Source: an uncultured Chloroflexia bacterium
Lineage (GTDB): Bacteria > Chloroflexota > Limnocylindria > Limnocylindrales > CSP1-4
DNA: 64,000 nucleotides
NCBI GenBank assembly: GCA_963766735.1
Contig: CAVYBU010000030.1
Location: 128,001 to 192,000, forward strand
Direction: 5' to 3'
Shown: positions 23,854 to 34,507 of the stretch, one piece after another
How the letters are laid out: every line of letters begins with the position of its first letter
How positions within the stretch are numbered: position 1 is the first letter of the stretch
Made by a program: the position numbers and the translations under genes
The notes under the pieces: generated by a model
The model's input: the letters and a program-made list of their open reading frames with translations, nothing else
Databases searched by the model: none
What the model was told of the DNA's origin: nothing

Positions 23854-24941
23854 CGGTGCCCAGCTCCCTCCGCACCCGCCTGCTGGCCGCCTTTCTCGTG
23901 GTGGCCGCGGCCGCGCTGGGGACGGTGGGGACCGCCGTGCTCCTCATCGGGCCCGGCTACTTCGCGGAGGCGATGGGCCACCTGCCCGGCGACCCGATGG
24001 GGAACGCGATGGCCGAGTCGACGCAGGCGGCGTTCACCGACGCGATGCGCCAGGCGCTGCTTGCGGCGACCGTCATCGCCATCGCCACGGCCTCGGTGGT
24101 CAGCATCGTCGTCGCCGGCCGGATCGCCCGGCCCATCAGCCGCCTCGCCGCCGCGTCCCGGCGCGTGGCCCGCGGGCACTACGCCGAACGCGTCCCGGCG
24201 AACGAGCCCGGCGAGCTGGGCGACCTGGCGGCCACGTTCAACGACATGGCAGGATCCCTCGAGGCGACCGAGCGACGGCGGTTGCAGCTGGTCGGCGACG
24301 TCGCCCACGAGCTGCGAACGCCGCTCACCACCATCGACGGCTACCTCGAGGGACTCGAGGACGGCGTCATCGCCCCCGGCCCGGAGACGTGGCACCTGCT
24401 CCGCTCCGAGGCGGCCAGGCTCACGCGGCTCGTCACCGATCTCTCCGAGCTGTGGCGGGCGGAGGCCGGGCAGCTTCCCCTGCGGACGGACGTGCTTGAC
24501 CTTGCCGAGGTTGCCGCGGAGATCGTTCAGCGATTCGGGCCGCAGGCCGCGGGGCGGGAGATCCGCCTCGAGGTTCTGCCCGGGCACGCCGTGGCGCTCG
24601 GGGATCGGGACCGCGTGGCCCAGATCGTCTCGAACTTCCTATCGAATGCGATCCGGCATGCGCCGGACGGCAGCGCCATCCATATCGAGGCCACCACCGG
24701 GCCGGCTGGCGCCCGGGTGACGGTGTCGGACGAGGGTCCGGGGTTGGCGGAAGACCAGTTGGAGGCCGTGTTCGAGCGGTTCTACCGAGTGGACCCTGCC
24801 CGCAGCAGGGCCGAGGGCGGCGCCGGGATCGGCCTCGCCATCGTGCGGGCGCTGGCGGAGGCGATGGACGGACGTGCGTGGGCCGAGAGCGAAGGCCCCG
24901 GCCGCGGCGCGACGTTCGCGCTGGAGCTGCCGCTCGATTGA
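23850..24941 (+). CDS. HAMP-domain sensor histidine kinase (BaeS-like)
   Basis: Two TM segments, HAMP, DVAHELRTPL, NFLSNAIRH, FERFYRVD, GAGIGLAI. Confidence 0.95.
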   Translation: MTVPSSLRTRLLAAFLVVAAAALGTVGTAVLLIGPGYFAEAMGHLPGDPMGNAMAESTQAAFTDAMRQALLAATVIAIATASVVSIVVAGRIARPISRLAAASRRVARGHYAERVPANEPGELGDLAATFNDMAGSLEATERRRLQLVGDVAHELRTPLTTIDGYLEGLEDGVIAPGPETWHLLRSEAARLTRLVTDLSELWRAEAGQLPLRTDVLDLAEVAAEIVQRFGPQAAGREIRLEVLPGHAVALGDRDRVAQIVSNFLSNAIRHAPDGSAIHIEATTGPAGARVTVSDEGPGLAEDQLEAVFERFYRVDPARSRAEGGAGIGLAIVRALAEAMDGRAWAESEGPGRGATFALELPLD

Positions 24942-25036
24942 TCCGGCGATGCGTGCGCGGACCCTGCACCGAGGCTGCCACCGCGCATCGCGCCTGCCGA
25001 TGCACCTGCGCTCCTCTCATCCGGACGTGCCCCCGG

Positions 25037-25093
25037 CGCAGAGACGCCCGACCACGCAGAGACGCCCGACCTGGGGGGAAGGTCGGGCGTCTC
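25037..25093. terminator. Hairpin with a duplicated left arm between converging genes
   Basis: 14-bp stem 25059-25072/25080-25093; CGCAGAGACGCCCGACC repeated at 25037-25053 and 25055-25071. Confidence 0.6.
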
Positions 25094-25132
25094 GGGTCTC
25101 GGGTGAGACGGGTTCAGCGTAGAGGGTTGGGT

Positions 25133-25828
25133 CTACCCAGATTTGCCCACAAGCCTGTCGCCGTCCGGACCCGTGCGCCACTGTTCGCGCCAGATCTCGG
25201 CGAGCCAGGCGACCTCCTCCGCCGGGACCTCGGGCACCGGGCCGAACGCACGCGCGCGGAGGTAGACCTCGGCGGCGCCTTCGGTCACCGACGCCGCGTT
25301 ATACGCGTGGTGGAGGGTTGCACCGATCGCGAGCAGCCCGTGGTGGCGCAGGAAGCACGCGCCGCGATCGGTCAGCGCATCCGACACGACGTCCGCGAGG
25401 GCCACGGTACCGGGCCGGGCATAGGGCGCGGTCTGGACCGCGCCGCCGGCCGCGGCCACGAACCCGGTCAGGATCGGCGGCAGCGTCCAGTCGAGGGCGG
25501 CCATCGTCATTGCCCCGGCGCTGTGCGTGTGGACGATTGCCCCCACCTCGGGCCTGCGCCGGTACGTCAGGGTGTGGAGCGGGAGCTCCGTGGTCGGTGT
25601 CAGACGACCGGCCACGACCTCGCCGTCGAGCGTCACCAGGCAGATGTCGGCAGACTCGAGCGCGTCATACGGCCCACCGGAGGGTGTCACGGCCACCAGG
25701 CCGGGCTCACCGTCGACACGCATGCTGATGTTGCCCGCCGTGAAGTCGACCAGGTGCTCGGCCAGCATGCGGCGGCAGTAGAGGACGACCTCGGCGCGCG
25801 CGCGCTCACGACCCGTGTTCAGCCTCAT
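25133..25828 (-). CDS. Class II aldolase/adducin family protein (FucA-like)
   Basis: AGNISMR, VTPSG, PTTELPLH, AIVHTHS, LRHHG. Confidence 0.9.
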   Translation of the reverse strand: MRLNTGRERARAEVVLYCRRMLAEHLVDFTAGNISMRVDGEPGLVAVTPSGGPYDALESADICLVTLDGEVVAGRLTPTTELPLHTLTYRRRPEVGAIVHTHSAGAMTMAALDWTLPPILTGFVAAAGGAVQTAPYARPGTVALADVVSDALTDRGACFLRHHGLLAIGATLHHAYNAASVTEGAAEVYLRARAFGPVPEVPAEEVAWLAEIWREQWRTGPDGDRLVGKSG

Positions 25829-25872
25829 CGTGCCTCGCCTCGATCCAACGGCTTCGACAGCGTCACCTGCGC

Positions 25873-26946
25873 CTAGCTGCCCGACTTCTCGTCGACCCGG
25901 GCCAGCAACGACATCCAGGACGTGACGAAGGCCGCCGCGCCCTTCTGCTGCAGTTCGCTGCCCAGCTCGTCGACGTCGATGCCGGCGGCGGCGAAGCGGG
26001 CCAGCACGGCATCGGCCGCGTTCGCATCAGTCGGGATCGGCTGCACGGACGCCAGGTCCTCGGCGCCCGCCGCGAGCAGCGTCTCCTCCGGGATCGTGTT
26101 CACGGTGTCCGGCGCCGCGAGGCCCGTGACGTAGAGCGTCGGCGGCGCCGTCTTGTCCTTGGTGCCGGTGCTGGCGAACAGCAGGCGCTGCGGCCGGGCA
26201 CCCGCGGCGATCAGGGCGGCCCAGCGGTCGGTGGCGAAGAAGGCCACCGCATCGGCATACGAGCGTCGCCCCACGGCCAGGCCCAGCTGCAGCTCCAGGT
26301 CCGCCGGGACCTTGCCCTTGACCGCGCCATCCCATCGGCTGATGAACAGCGACGCGACGGACGGCACGTACGCCGGCATGCCAGCCGCGATGCGCCGCTC
26401 GACTCCGCGCGTGTACGCCTCCGCGCAGGCCAGGTACTGACCGGGCGAGAAGAGGAGCGTCACGTTGACCGGGATGCCCGCGAAGATCGCGTCCTCGATG
26501 GCGGCCAGGCCCTCGAGGGTGCCGGGGATCTTGATCAGCAGGTTGGCGCGACCGCCCCTCGTCCACAGGCGCTTCGCCTCGGCCAGGGTGATCGAGGCGT
26601 CGTACGCGAGCTCCGGCGAGACCTCGAGGCTCACGAAGCCGTCGATGCCGTCCGTCGCGTCGTACACGGGGCGGAACAGGTCTGCGGCGCGAGTCAGGTC
26701 GTCCAGCGCGAGGCCGAAGAAGATCTCCTCGGCGTCCGCACCCGCGGCGGCCGCGGCTGCGATCTGGGCGTCGTAGTCCCTGCTACCGCCGATCGCGCGG
26801 TCGTAGATGGTGGGGTTGGACGTGAGGCCGGTCACCCCAAGCTCGTCGATGTAGCGGGCGAGCGTGCCGCTGTCGATCAGGGCGCGGGTGATGTTGTCGA
26901 GCCACAGGCTCTGGCCGAGCAGGCGAAGCGCGCTGGTAGTCGTCAT
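25873..26946 (-). CDS. tal: Transaldolase
   Basis: GQSLWLDNITR, GLTSNPTI, VSLEVSP, LLIKIPGT, VNVTLLFS, ASTGTKD; start MTTT with GGAG RBS. Confidence 0.92.
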   Translation of the reverse strand: MTTTSALRLLGQSLWLDNITRALIDSGTLARYIDELGVTGLTSNPTIYDRAIGGSRDYDAQIAAAAAAGADAEEIFFGLALDDLTRAADLFRPVYDATDGIDGFVSLEVSPELAYDASITLAEAKRLWTRGGRANLLIKIPGTLEGLAAIEDAIFAGIPVNVTLLFSPGQYLACAEAYTRGVERRIAAGMPAYVPSVASLFISRWDGAVKGKVPADLELQLGLAVGRRSYADAVAFFATDRWAALIAAGARPQRLLFASTGTKDKTAPPTLYVTGLAAPDTVNTIPEETLLAAGAEDLASVQPIPTDANAADAVLARFAAAGIDVDELGSELQQKGAAAFVTSWMSLLARVDEKSGS

Positions 26947-27089
26947 GGGTCCTCCAAGGGTCTCCCCGAGTCTATCTCGGCCGGTGCGTTGACCACCCTC
27001 TCCAGCGCGCTCCCGTCGGCGATGGGCACGTCCGTGCGCGACTCGTGGCGGCACCGGCTCGTGCCCCGGGCGGCAGCTAGACTCGCTCC

Positions 27090-27536
27090 ATGTCAGGCAT
27101 CGGTCACGCATTCTGGCCCCGCGTGTACGGGCTCCTGGCCAGGCTGGACCCGGCCATCGAGCGCGTCTGGCGCCGAGGGGGCCTCCGCAATACCGTCCAG
27201 CTGGTGACGATCGGCCGCCGGACCGGGCTGGAGCGCAGGTCGTTCCTGGGGCTGCTCCGGATCGGGGACCGGCGGTACCTGGGTCACCCGGACCTGCCCT
27301 GTCCCTGGACCCTCAACCTGGAGGCGGCGGCCGGCGGCCGGATGCGATACCGCGACGGCCGCACGGTCGAGTTTCGCGCGGTCCTGCTCGAGCCTGGGCC
27401 GGAGCGCGACGCCGTCATCCGTCGGACCTTCCGGCAGCACGGGTACCCGGGTGGAGTCGTGTACTGGATCTTCCGGCGTCACATCTTCGCCGTCGGCCGT
27501 TTCTACCGGCTGGAGGACGTACGGCCCATCGCATAG
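27090..27536 (+). CDS. Deazaflavin (F420)-dependent nitroreductase/quinone reductase family protein
   Basis: LVTIGRRTGLERR and PWTLNL motifs; leaderless start (TAGACT-N6-ATG). Confidence 0.65.
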   Translation: MSGIGHAFWPRVYGLLARLDPAIERVWRRGGLRNTVQLVTIGRRTGLERRSFLGLLRIGDRRYLGHPDLPCPWTLNLEAAAGGRMRYRDGRTVEFRAVLLEPGPERDAVIRRTFRQHGYPGGVVYWIFRRHIFAVGRFYRLEDVRPIA

Positions 27537-27564
27537 GCGGCCCGACTCCGCTACCTTGCGGGCC

Positions 27565-28137
27565 ATGACCGCCGACCACGATCCTGACCGCGATTCCCTC
27601 GAGGCTGCCCTCGCCGGTCGCGGCGAGCACGAGCTCTTCCCCTGTGACCCCGCCCTCGCTGACACGGCCGCGTTCTGCGCCGCGTACGGCTTCGATCCCG
27701 CGGAGTCCGCCAATACGATCGTCGTCGTGGGCAAGGGCACGCCGCCCGTCTATGCCGCCTGCGTTGTCCTCGCGACGCACCGCCTGGACGTGAACCGGGC
27801 CATCAAGGCGCGCTTCGGGCGCAAGTCGTCCTTTGCCTCGCCGGAGGAGACGCGGGCCCTCACCGGACACGAGATCGGCGGGGTAACGGTGTTCGGCCTG
27901 CCGGACGGCCTGCCGGTCTGGGTCGACGCCGCAGTCATGGCGCGCGAGCGGATCGTGCTCGGCGGCGGCAGCCGAAGCTGGAAGGTGATCGCCCCGTCGT
28001 CGATCCTGCTCACGCTCGAGAACGTGACCGTCGTGGAGGGGCTGGCCAACCCGTACGCGCCGCTACCCGCCGCCCCTCCCACGCCGGCATCCGCACCTGT
28101 TGCTGCCCCCACCACCGATGAGGAGCGATCCGCATGA
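27565..28137 (+). CDS. YbaK/EbsC family aminoacyl-tRNA deacylase-like protein
   Basis: DPALADTAAFC, SANTIVV, LTGHEIGGVTVFG, LGGGSRSWK; leaderless (TACCTT-N7-ATG). Confidence 0.85.
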   Translation: MTADHDPDRDSLEAALAGRGEHELFPCDPALADTAAFCAAYGFDPAESANTIVVVGKGTPPVYAACVVLATHRLDVNRAIKARFGRKSSFASPEETRALTGHEIGGVTVFGLPDGLPVWVDAAVMARERIVLGGGSRSWKVIAPSSILLTLENVTVVEGLANPYAPLPAAPPTPASAPVAAPTTDEERSA

Positions 28138-29015
28138 CCCAGCAGCAGCGGTTCCTCGCCACCGCCATCTTCGTGGTCGCCGTGATCGGCGGCGCGATCC
28201 TGGTGTTCGCCGTCGTCGGCGGTGGGGGATCGCCGGACCCGTCCTCCGCCGCTGGTTCGTCGGCCACGCCCACGACCGCCCCGGAGACACCGTCGCCCGC
28301 GCCGACCGACGAACCCACGCCCACGCCGGAGCCGTCGCCGACTGCCGAGCCGCCGGCCACGCCCACGCCGACCATCGCCCCGGGTCCAGCCGCTACCGTC
28401 GTCCTGACCCAGCTCAAGCTGGATGCGGCGGACGACCCGGAAGGCCAGGATCGCGCCGTCACCTTCACCACGGGCGGCACCGGCACGATCACGATCGTGC
28501 TCACGGCGCTGTCGCCGATGGGGAGCGCCCGCCTCTGCCTGTCCGCGGACGGCACGGACCTGGGCTGCGAGACCACGGCGGGCGGGAAGCTGGCGGCCGA
28601 GACGGCCAAGGAGGCGTCGACGTTCGTGCTCACGCTCCGCGGCGACGGCATCGAGGCGCCCGTGGTGGAGATCGAGCTGACGTTCCCGGCCACCAGCCCG
28701 TCGGTCACCGTGGCCAACGCCCGGTTCGACGGCACGGGCTACCCGGAGACGAACGGGATCCAGGCGCTCGTCACGCCCCGGGCCGACGGTGGCGTGCATG
28801 TCACTGCGGACTGGGGCGGGCACCCGTTCCTGTGGGAGCTGGACCTCCTCGAGCAGGGCGGCTCCGGGAGCGAATCGCTGGCCGACCAGGGGCCGGCCAC
28901 GCGGATGGACGAGACCCTGCCGGTGACGGCTCCCAACCCGTGGAAGGTCGTTCTCCAGAACGTCGAGCTGGGATTCGGCCCCACGCCGATGACGGTGTCG
29001 ATCGCCTGGCCGTAG
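28134..29015 (+). CDS. Hypothetical membrane-anchored exported protein with Pro/Thr-rich linker
   Basis: N-terminal TM, PTPTPEPSPT linker, beta-rich C-terminal region; GAGGAG RBS and ATGA overlap. Confidence 0.75.
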   Translation: MTQQQRFLATAIFVVAVIGGAILVFAVVGGGGSPDPSSAAGSSATPTTAPETPSPAPTDEPTPTPEPSPTAEPPATPTPTIAPGPAATVVLTQLKLDAADDPEGQDRAVTFTTGGTGTITIVLTALSPMGSARLCLSADGTDLGCETTAGGKLAAETAKEASTFVLTLRGDGIEAPVVEIELTFPATSPSVTVANARFDGTGYPETNGIQALVTPRADGGVHVTADWGGHPFLWELDLLEQGGSGSESLADQGPATRMDETLPVTAPNPWKVVLQNVELGFGPTPMTVSIAWP

Positions 29016-29139
29016 ACCCCGGTGCCAGCCGCCGGGGGCTACCGACGGCCGCCGGCAACCGCGACCGTCCACCGCGTATTGCCCGGCACGTCCGTCTCAG
29101 GCGCCACGCCCCGTCCGGTCGGCCGGTAGGGTGGCCTTC

Positions 29140-29733
29140 ATGAACCCGGACCTTGGCCCGCGCCTCTGGAGATGGTCCCCGTGGTCGTGCGCCGTCCTGG
29201 GGATCGGTCTGCTCCTTCTGATCGTGGGCTGTGGCTCCCCCGGCGGGAGCCCGACCACGGACACCGCCCCGAACCCGCCGCCCGTCACTGACCTCGCCCC
29301 GGTTGGCGCCACCGAGACGGCCCGTGTCGTCCGGGTCGTGGATGGCGACACGATCGTCATCGACCGCGGCCTCGGTAACGAGCGCGTCCGGTACATCGGC
29401 ATCGACACGCCCGAGTCAGTGAAGCCGAACACCCCCGTGGAGTTCATGGCGAAGGAGGCGCTCGCGGCGAACGAGGCGCTCGTCGCCGGCCGGGAGGTTG
29501 TCCTGGAGCGGGACGTATCGAACACGGATCGCTACGACCGCCTGCTGCGCTACATATGGCTGCGCGAGGGCGACGGCTGGGTGCTCGTCAACCTGGAGCT
29601 GGTTCGCCGCGGTTTCGCACATGTCGCCACCTATCCGCCGGACGTCCGCTGGACAGACAGGTTCCTTGTCGGCCAGCAGGAGGCACGGGAGGCCGGCAGG
29701 GGGCTCTGGGGACCGGGGACGCCTGCACCCTGA
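29140..29733 (+). CDS. Thermonuclease (SNase) family lipoprotein
   Basis: LIVGC lipobox, VVDGDTI, VRYIGIDTPE, DRYDRLLRY, GRGLW. Confidence 0.92.
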   Translation: MNPDLGPRLWRWSPWSCAVLGIGLLLLIVGCGSPGGSPTTDTAPNPPPVTDLAPVGATETARVVRVVDGDTIVIDRGLGNERVRYIGIDTPESVKPNTPVEFMAKEALAANEALVAGREVVLERDVSNTDRYDRLLRYIWLREGDGWVLVNLELVRRGFAHVATYPPDVRWTDRFLVGQQEAREAGRGLWGPGTPAP

Positions 29734-29822
29734 CCTCTCGAGCGGGCGGAGGGCAGCGTCGTCAACGTGCCGATCGGCCCCTCCCATGGCGCGCGCGGAC
29801 CACAGACGCTGGGGATGACACC

Positions 29823-29910
29823 CGAACCCTCAGCCCGAGCGCCGCAGGAAGGCGGCGCCCATCAGGCGAACCCTCAGGCCGAGCGCCGCAGGAAGGCGGC
29901 GCCCATCAGG
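29823..29910. repeat. 44-bp tandem duplication of the degV 3' end
   Basis: 29823-29866 and 29867-29910 differ at one position; the unit includes the stop codon. Confidence 0.92.
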
Positions 29911-30737
29911 TCCGGCCCCAGGTGCGGGCCCGTGGATGCGCCGATCAGCCCGGTCGTGATCCGCTCCGGCGCCACGCCGCCCGGGATGGCGGCCACCAGC
30001 GCGTCACGGAAGGCCGCGACCTCCTCGGGCGTGCTCGTGGGCGTGTGCAGGACCGAGAGGCGCTCGATCGGCTTCGCGGCGATCCGCCCGATGACCAGCG
30101 CGCGTGCCTTGGCGCGCGTCCGCTGGCGATCCGCACTGACGACCAGGCCATCGACGACCGTGATGATCGGCTTGAACGACAGCATCGATCCGATGACGGC
30201 CTCCGCCGCCGACAGTCGCCCGCCCTTGCGCAAGTAGTCGAGGGTGTCCACGGCGACGAACAGGTCGATGTCCGGCAGGCGGCTGCGGATGTAGGCGGCG
30301 ATGTCGGCCCCGGACGCGCCCGTTGCCGCCATCTCGGACGCGATCAGGGCGGGGATCCCCGTGGACATCGACGTGGATCCCGTGTCGATGACGTGGATCT
30401 CGCGGTCCGGCAACGCCTGGGCAGCCAGCGTCGCGCTGCTGAACGTCCCAGAGAGCTTGGTGCCGATGACGGGACAGACGATCGAGTCTGCGCCGGCGGC
30501 GAAGCAGGCCTCGAACGTCTCCTTGAACGTGCCCGGAGACGGCGCGGCGGTCTTGGGGAAGGGGGCGCCGGGCGCCAGCAGACGGGTCCAGAACTGTTCC
30601 GTGGTGAGGTTCACCCCGGCCTGGAACTCCTCGCTGCCGAACTGCACGTACAGCGGCACGACGCGGATACCCGCCGAGGCGGCCATCTCGGCTGCGAGGT
30701 CGGCGGTGGAATCGGTGACGACGGCGACGGGTGACAT
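29874..30737 (-). CDS. DegV family fatty-acid-binding protein
   Basis: VVTDSTADL, PKTAAPSPG, KLSGTFSSA, TLDYLRKGGR, HLGP. Confidence 0.92.
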   Translation of the reverse strand: MSPVAVVTDSTADLAAEMAASAGIRVVPLYVQFGSEEFQAGVNLTTEQFWTRLLAPGAPFPKTAAPSPGTFKETFEACFAAGADSIVCPVIGTKLSGTFSSATLAAQALPDREIHVIDTGSTSMSTGIPALIASEMAATGASGADIAAYIRSRLPDIDLFVAVDTLDYLRKGGRLSAAEAVIGSMLSFKPIITVVDGLVVSADRQRTRAKARALVIGRIAAKPIERLSVLHTPTSTPEEVAAFRDALVAAIPGGVAPERITTGLIGASTGPHLGPDLMGAAFLRRSA

Positions 30738-30813
30738 GGATCCTCCTGGCGGCCCTCGGGATCGCCCGATGATAAGGCCGGAGGACCGGCCCGATCCGGC
30801 CCGATGACACCAT

Positions 30814-31008
30814 TCAGCCCGTGGATGGCTGATCCGTCTCCTCCTTGGCCCTCTTCGGGTCCGCGAGGCGGCCGGCGTCCTGCAGCGCGCGCCGGAGCAG
30901 GAACTCCACCTGGCCGTTGACCGAGCGGAGGTCGTCCGCGGCCCAGCGCTGCAGGGCCGCGAACGTATCAGGATCCACGCGGAGGAGGAACGGCTTCCGC
31001 TCAGCCAT
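30814..31008 (-). CDS. Arc/ribbon-helix-helix DNA-binding protein
   Basis: MAERKPFLLRVDP...WAADDLRSVNGQVEFLL; AGGAG RBS; downstream of the SPFH gene. Confidence 0.85.
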   Translation of the reverse strand: MAERKPFLLRVDPDTFAALQRWAADDLRSVNGQVEFLLRRALQDAGRLADPKRAKEETDQPSTG

Positions 31009-31058
31009 CGTGGGACTCCTGCCCCGGCAGGGACGCCTGGGCCACCGGTCCGCTCCCG

Positions 31059-31961
31059 CTACGCGTAGAGGGTTCCGGCGTTCACGACCGGCTGCGTCTC
31101 GTGCTCCGAGCACAGGACGACGAGCAGGTTGCTGACCATCTGCGCCTTGCGCTCCTCGTCCAGCTCCACGACGTTCTTGGCCGACAGCTGCGTCAGGGCC
31201 ATCTCCACCATGCCCACAGCGCCTTCGACGATCAGCGTGCGGGCCGCGATGACCGCCTTCGCCTGCTGGCGCCGGAGCATCGCGTTGGCGATCTCCGGGG
31301 CGTACGCGAGGTGGCTGATCCGGGCCTCGATCACGTTGAGGCCGGCCTTCTCCAGGCGGTCCTGGATGTGGGTGCGCAGCTGGTCTGCGATCTCGGCCTG
31401 GTTTGCGCGCAGCGCGATCTCGTCCTCGCGGTGGGTGTCGTACGGGTGCGAGGTCGCCAGGTTCCGGAGGGCCGACTCGGCCTGGACGTGCACGAAGTTC
31501 TCGAAGTCGTCGACCTCGAACAGCGCCTCCGCCGTGTCGGTGACCTTCCAGACGACGACGGCCGCGATCTCGATCGGGTTGCCATCGTGGTCGTTGACCT
31601 TGAGCTTGGAGGTCTCGAAGTTGCGGACGCGGACCGAGATCTTGCGTCGCTCGGAGAACGGGTTGACCCAGTGGAGGCCCTGGGCGTGGATGGTGCCGCG
31701 ATAGTGGCCGAACAGGACGAGCGCGCGTGCCTCGTTCGGGTTGACCGGGGTCAGGCCACCGAATGCGATGCAGGTCGCGACGAACGCGAGGACCAGCACG
31801 ATCAGGGGCGCCAGCTCGACCAGGCCGATCGCCTCACCGGCGGGCTCGAGGACGGCGGCGACATACCAGATGAACCCCAGGACGAGTACCACTGCCAGGA
31901 CGATGAGGCCGAGCAGCATGGGGATCCCGGGCAGGGTACGGGCGAGGCGTTCCTTGTTCAT
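31059..31961 (-). CDS. SPFH/band 7 domain membrane protein
   Basis: Two N-terminal TM segments, [44 protein letters not shown]. Confidence 0.92.
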   Translation of the reverse strand: MNKERLARTLPGIPMLLGLIVLAVVLVLGFIWYVAAVLEPAGEAIGLVELAPLIVLVLAFVATCIAFGGLTPVNPNEARALVLFGHYRGTIHAQGLHWVNPFSERRKISVRVRNFETSKLKVNDHDGNPIEIAAVVVWKVTDTAEALFEVDDFENFVHVQAESALRNLATSHPYDTHREDEIALRANQAEIADQLRTHIQDRLEKAGLNVIEARISHLAYAPEIANAMLRRQQAKAVIAARTLIVEGAVGMVEMALTQLSAKNVVELDEERKAQMVSNLLVVLCSEHETQPVVNAGTLYA

Positions 31962-32002
31962 GGCGTGGCTCTTCTCTCCTGGTCGCGCAGCATCTGGCGC
32001 GC

Positions 32003-32027
32003 GATCAGAATGATATCACAGTGATAC
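32003..32027. promoter_or_regulatory. Putative RHH operator upstream of the SPFH-RHH operon
   Basis: GATCAGAATGATATCACAGTGATAC contains palindromes TGATATCA (32011-32018) and TATCAC-A-GTGATA (32014-32026). Confidence 0.6.
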
Positions 32028-32081
32028 AAGCCTGGGCGACGGGTCGTGCACCGACCGGCCGCGTGGGCGATCATTGAGGCC

Positions 32082-32783
32082 ATGGTGAGCACGCGACGCC
32101 TCCTCCTGGCCGGGAGCCTTGCGCTGGGCGCAGGCGCGCTGGCGTATGCGGGCCGGCCCCGCCTGAGCGAGATCAGGCGGTCGTTCCGCACCTCGTCGTC
32201 GCCCGGGGCAGCCGCGTACGACATCCTGGCGGGTCTCCTGCTTGGCGGCTACTACGACGACATCGCCGCCGACTGCGCCGCGACCCTGGACGGGGCGGCC
32301 GCGCCCGAGATCCTGGAGGTGGGACCGGGCCCCGGGCACCTGGCGGAACGGCTGCTTGGCCTGATGCCGGGCGGGCGCTGGACAGGCGTCGACATCGACC
32401 CGTCCATGCTGGATGCCGCCGAGCGCAGGCTTTCGGACGAGGGTCTCGCAGGCAGGTCACGCGTGGTGAGGGGCGACGTCGCAGCGCTGCCGTTCGAGGA
32501 TGCCTCGTTCGACCTCGTGGTCAGCTCGCTGTCCGCGCACCACTGGCCAGACGCGGAGGCCGGCTTCCGCGAGATCCGCCGCGTCCTGCGACCCGGGGCG
32601 GTGGCGCTCGTGTTCGATCTCCCGGAGAGCTGGGGGCACGTGGAGACCGGTTTCGGCGGCCTCGGCGCCGCCTCGACGGCCTTCGACACGCCGCGGCGCA
32701 GCCGGATGCGCGGCCTGGGACCGTGGGCGCTGGTGTGGCGGGTCGAGCTGCGCCGCCAGGTGAACGCCGGCATCCCCGGCTGA
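32082..32783 (+). CDS. Class I SAM-dependent methyltransferase
   Basis: ILEVGPGPG, GVDID, GDVAALPFEDASFDLV, RVLRPG. Confidence 0.9.
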   Translation: MVSTRRLLLAGSLALGAGALAYAGRPRLSEIRRSFRTSSSPGAAAYDILAGLLLGGYYDDIAADCAATLDGAAAPEILEVGPGPGHLAERLLGLMPGGRWTGVDIDPSMLDAAERRLSDEGLAGRSRVVRGDVAALPFEDASFDLVVSSLSAHHWPDAEAGFREIRRVLRPGAVALVFDLPESWGHVETGFGGLGAASTAFDTPRRSRMRGLGPWALVWRVELRRQVNAGIPG

Positions 32784-32948
32784 GCCATCCGCCCGGGCGC
32801 GGGCGGGACCATCGTCGAGGGGCGGCCGGGACCGCCGGTCCATGGCCCGAACCGTCCGCGCACGCGAGGCTTGGGGCACTCCTCGCGGTCCACCGTGTCC
32901 CGGCCAGTCGCCGGCGACTGACGAGCCGCCCCACCGACTCAGCCCGGA

Positions 32949-34410
32949 ATGCCCTTGACCTCCCGATACGCTCGAGCCCTCGCCACCGCCTGTTTCATCG
33001 TCGGGACCTTGCTGTCAGCCCTTCCGTCGACTGCCGCTGCCCTGGAACCGCCCCGCCCGCTGCCCGACTACCGCCCGGCATTCGTGACCGAGACGGACGA
33101 GCGCCCGTGGAGGGACTGCCTGTGGGCCTCGGGCGCGATGCTCCTCGACAAGTGGACCAACGGCGACGTGACGCGCACGCACCAGAAGCTGCGCAGGCTG
33201 GCGCGCGACCGTAGCGGCGGCTCAACGCTGGAAGACCTGAACGTGGCCTTCGGACGCCTGGGCATCGACCTGCGGTACTCGCCGGATGGTGGCGAGCGGA
33301 TCACGTGGTCGGCGCTGCTGAAGCGCCTCGCGAACGGCGCCGGAGCAGTCCTGCTCGGCAACGACTCGAGGCTGCCCCGCTGGTACGGACGCTGGGACTA
33401 CTCGTTCTGGAAGCTGACGAAGGACGAGAAGGCGGACAGGGACAACCACGCGGTCTACATCGAGCGCTACGACCGCAAGCGCGGGCGCGTGTGGCTGATG
33501 GACCCGCTGGGTCGCGGCAAATGGAAGGGCGAATGGATCAGCGTCCGGGCGCTGCGGCGCTTCGCATGGTCCAGCGGTGGCGCCTTGTTCGTGGCCGTCA
33601 CGCCCACCGCGAAGGCCGCTCCCTTTGCGGGGGTCACGACCGCGGACCCGCAGCTCTCGATGACCTCGACGACCCTCGATGCGACGTGGTGGCTCGAGGC
33701 GCCCCGCAAGTGGAAGTTCCCGGGCGCGGACGTCCGGGCGACATTCGAGCCCGCCGATGACCCGTTGCTTGCGGCGGCCGAGTCTGCCCCGGTGACGATG
33801 GCCGGAGAGGCGACCGCGGAGGCGCCGGCCGCTGCCGTCGCGTCGGTCGCGGGAAGGCTGCTCCGCACAACCGTTGCCCTGCCCACGGAAGCGGGCGCCT
33901 ATCGGGCGGACGTCACGTTGACGGACCTCCGGTTCGGGGAGGTCGTCGCGAGGGCTGAGCAGGTCGCGGTGTTCGTGCCGGGACCACGCAGGGCCACGCG
34001 TGCGCCTGCATGCGCGCGAAGAGGCGATCGAGGCGGGCAGGGCGATCACCGTTTCCGTGTCGGTGCGTAACACGGGCACGGCGTCCTGGGCCGATCGTGC
34101 CGGGTCCGCGCAGACCTCGAGCGGGCCGCCCCCGATCCGGGCAACCCGCGTCGTCGCCCGCTGGATCCCGTTGGATGTCCCGGCGGACGCCTTGGTCCCG
34201 GCGCCGGTGGAGCTCAAGGCGGTCCCGCTGGCCCCGGGCAAGGCCACGACGGTGAAGGCAGACCTCCTCGCACCCGGGTCGCCCGGCATCTGGGCACTGG
34301 TCGTGGATGTCGTCGATGACGTGGACGGATCGTTCGCCGCGCTGGGCAGCGCCCCGGCCGTCGGGGTCTACGGGGTGGTCGATCCGAGGGCGATCGCGGG
34401 GGTGGAGTAG
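32949..34410 (+). CDS. Secreted C39-like cysteine peptidase with C-terminal Ig-like domain; frameshift near 34000
   Basis: Signal peptide, DCLWASGAM (Cys), NHAVYI (His), LMDP (Asp). ORFs 32949-34070 and 34000-34410 join if one base is removed near ACGC(G)TGCGC. C-terminal VRNTGTASW. Confidence 0.65.
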
Positions 34411-34507
34411 CAGCACTCGCCCCAAGGGGGCGCGGTGGCGCCGCACCCACATCGTCTCCGGGTTGGCGCGGCGCCTGAAGCCCGGGCCCTGCGCGACGGA
34501 TGCCGCG

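Noticed and set aside
29823-29910. att site of an integrated element
   Set aside because: The copies are directly adjacent and there is no integrase in the window.
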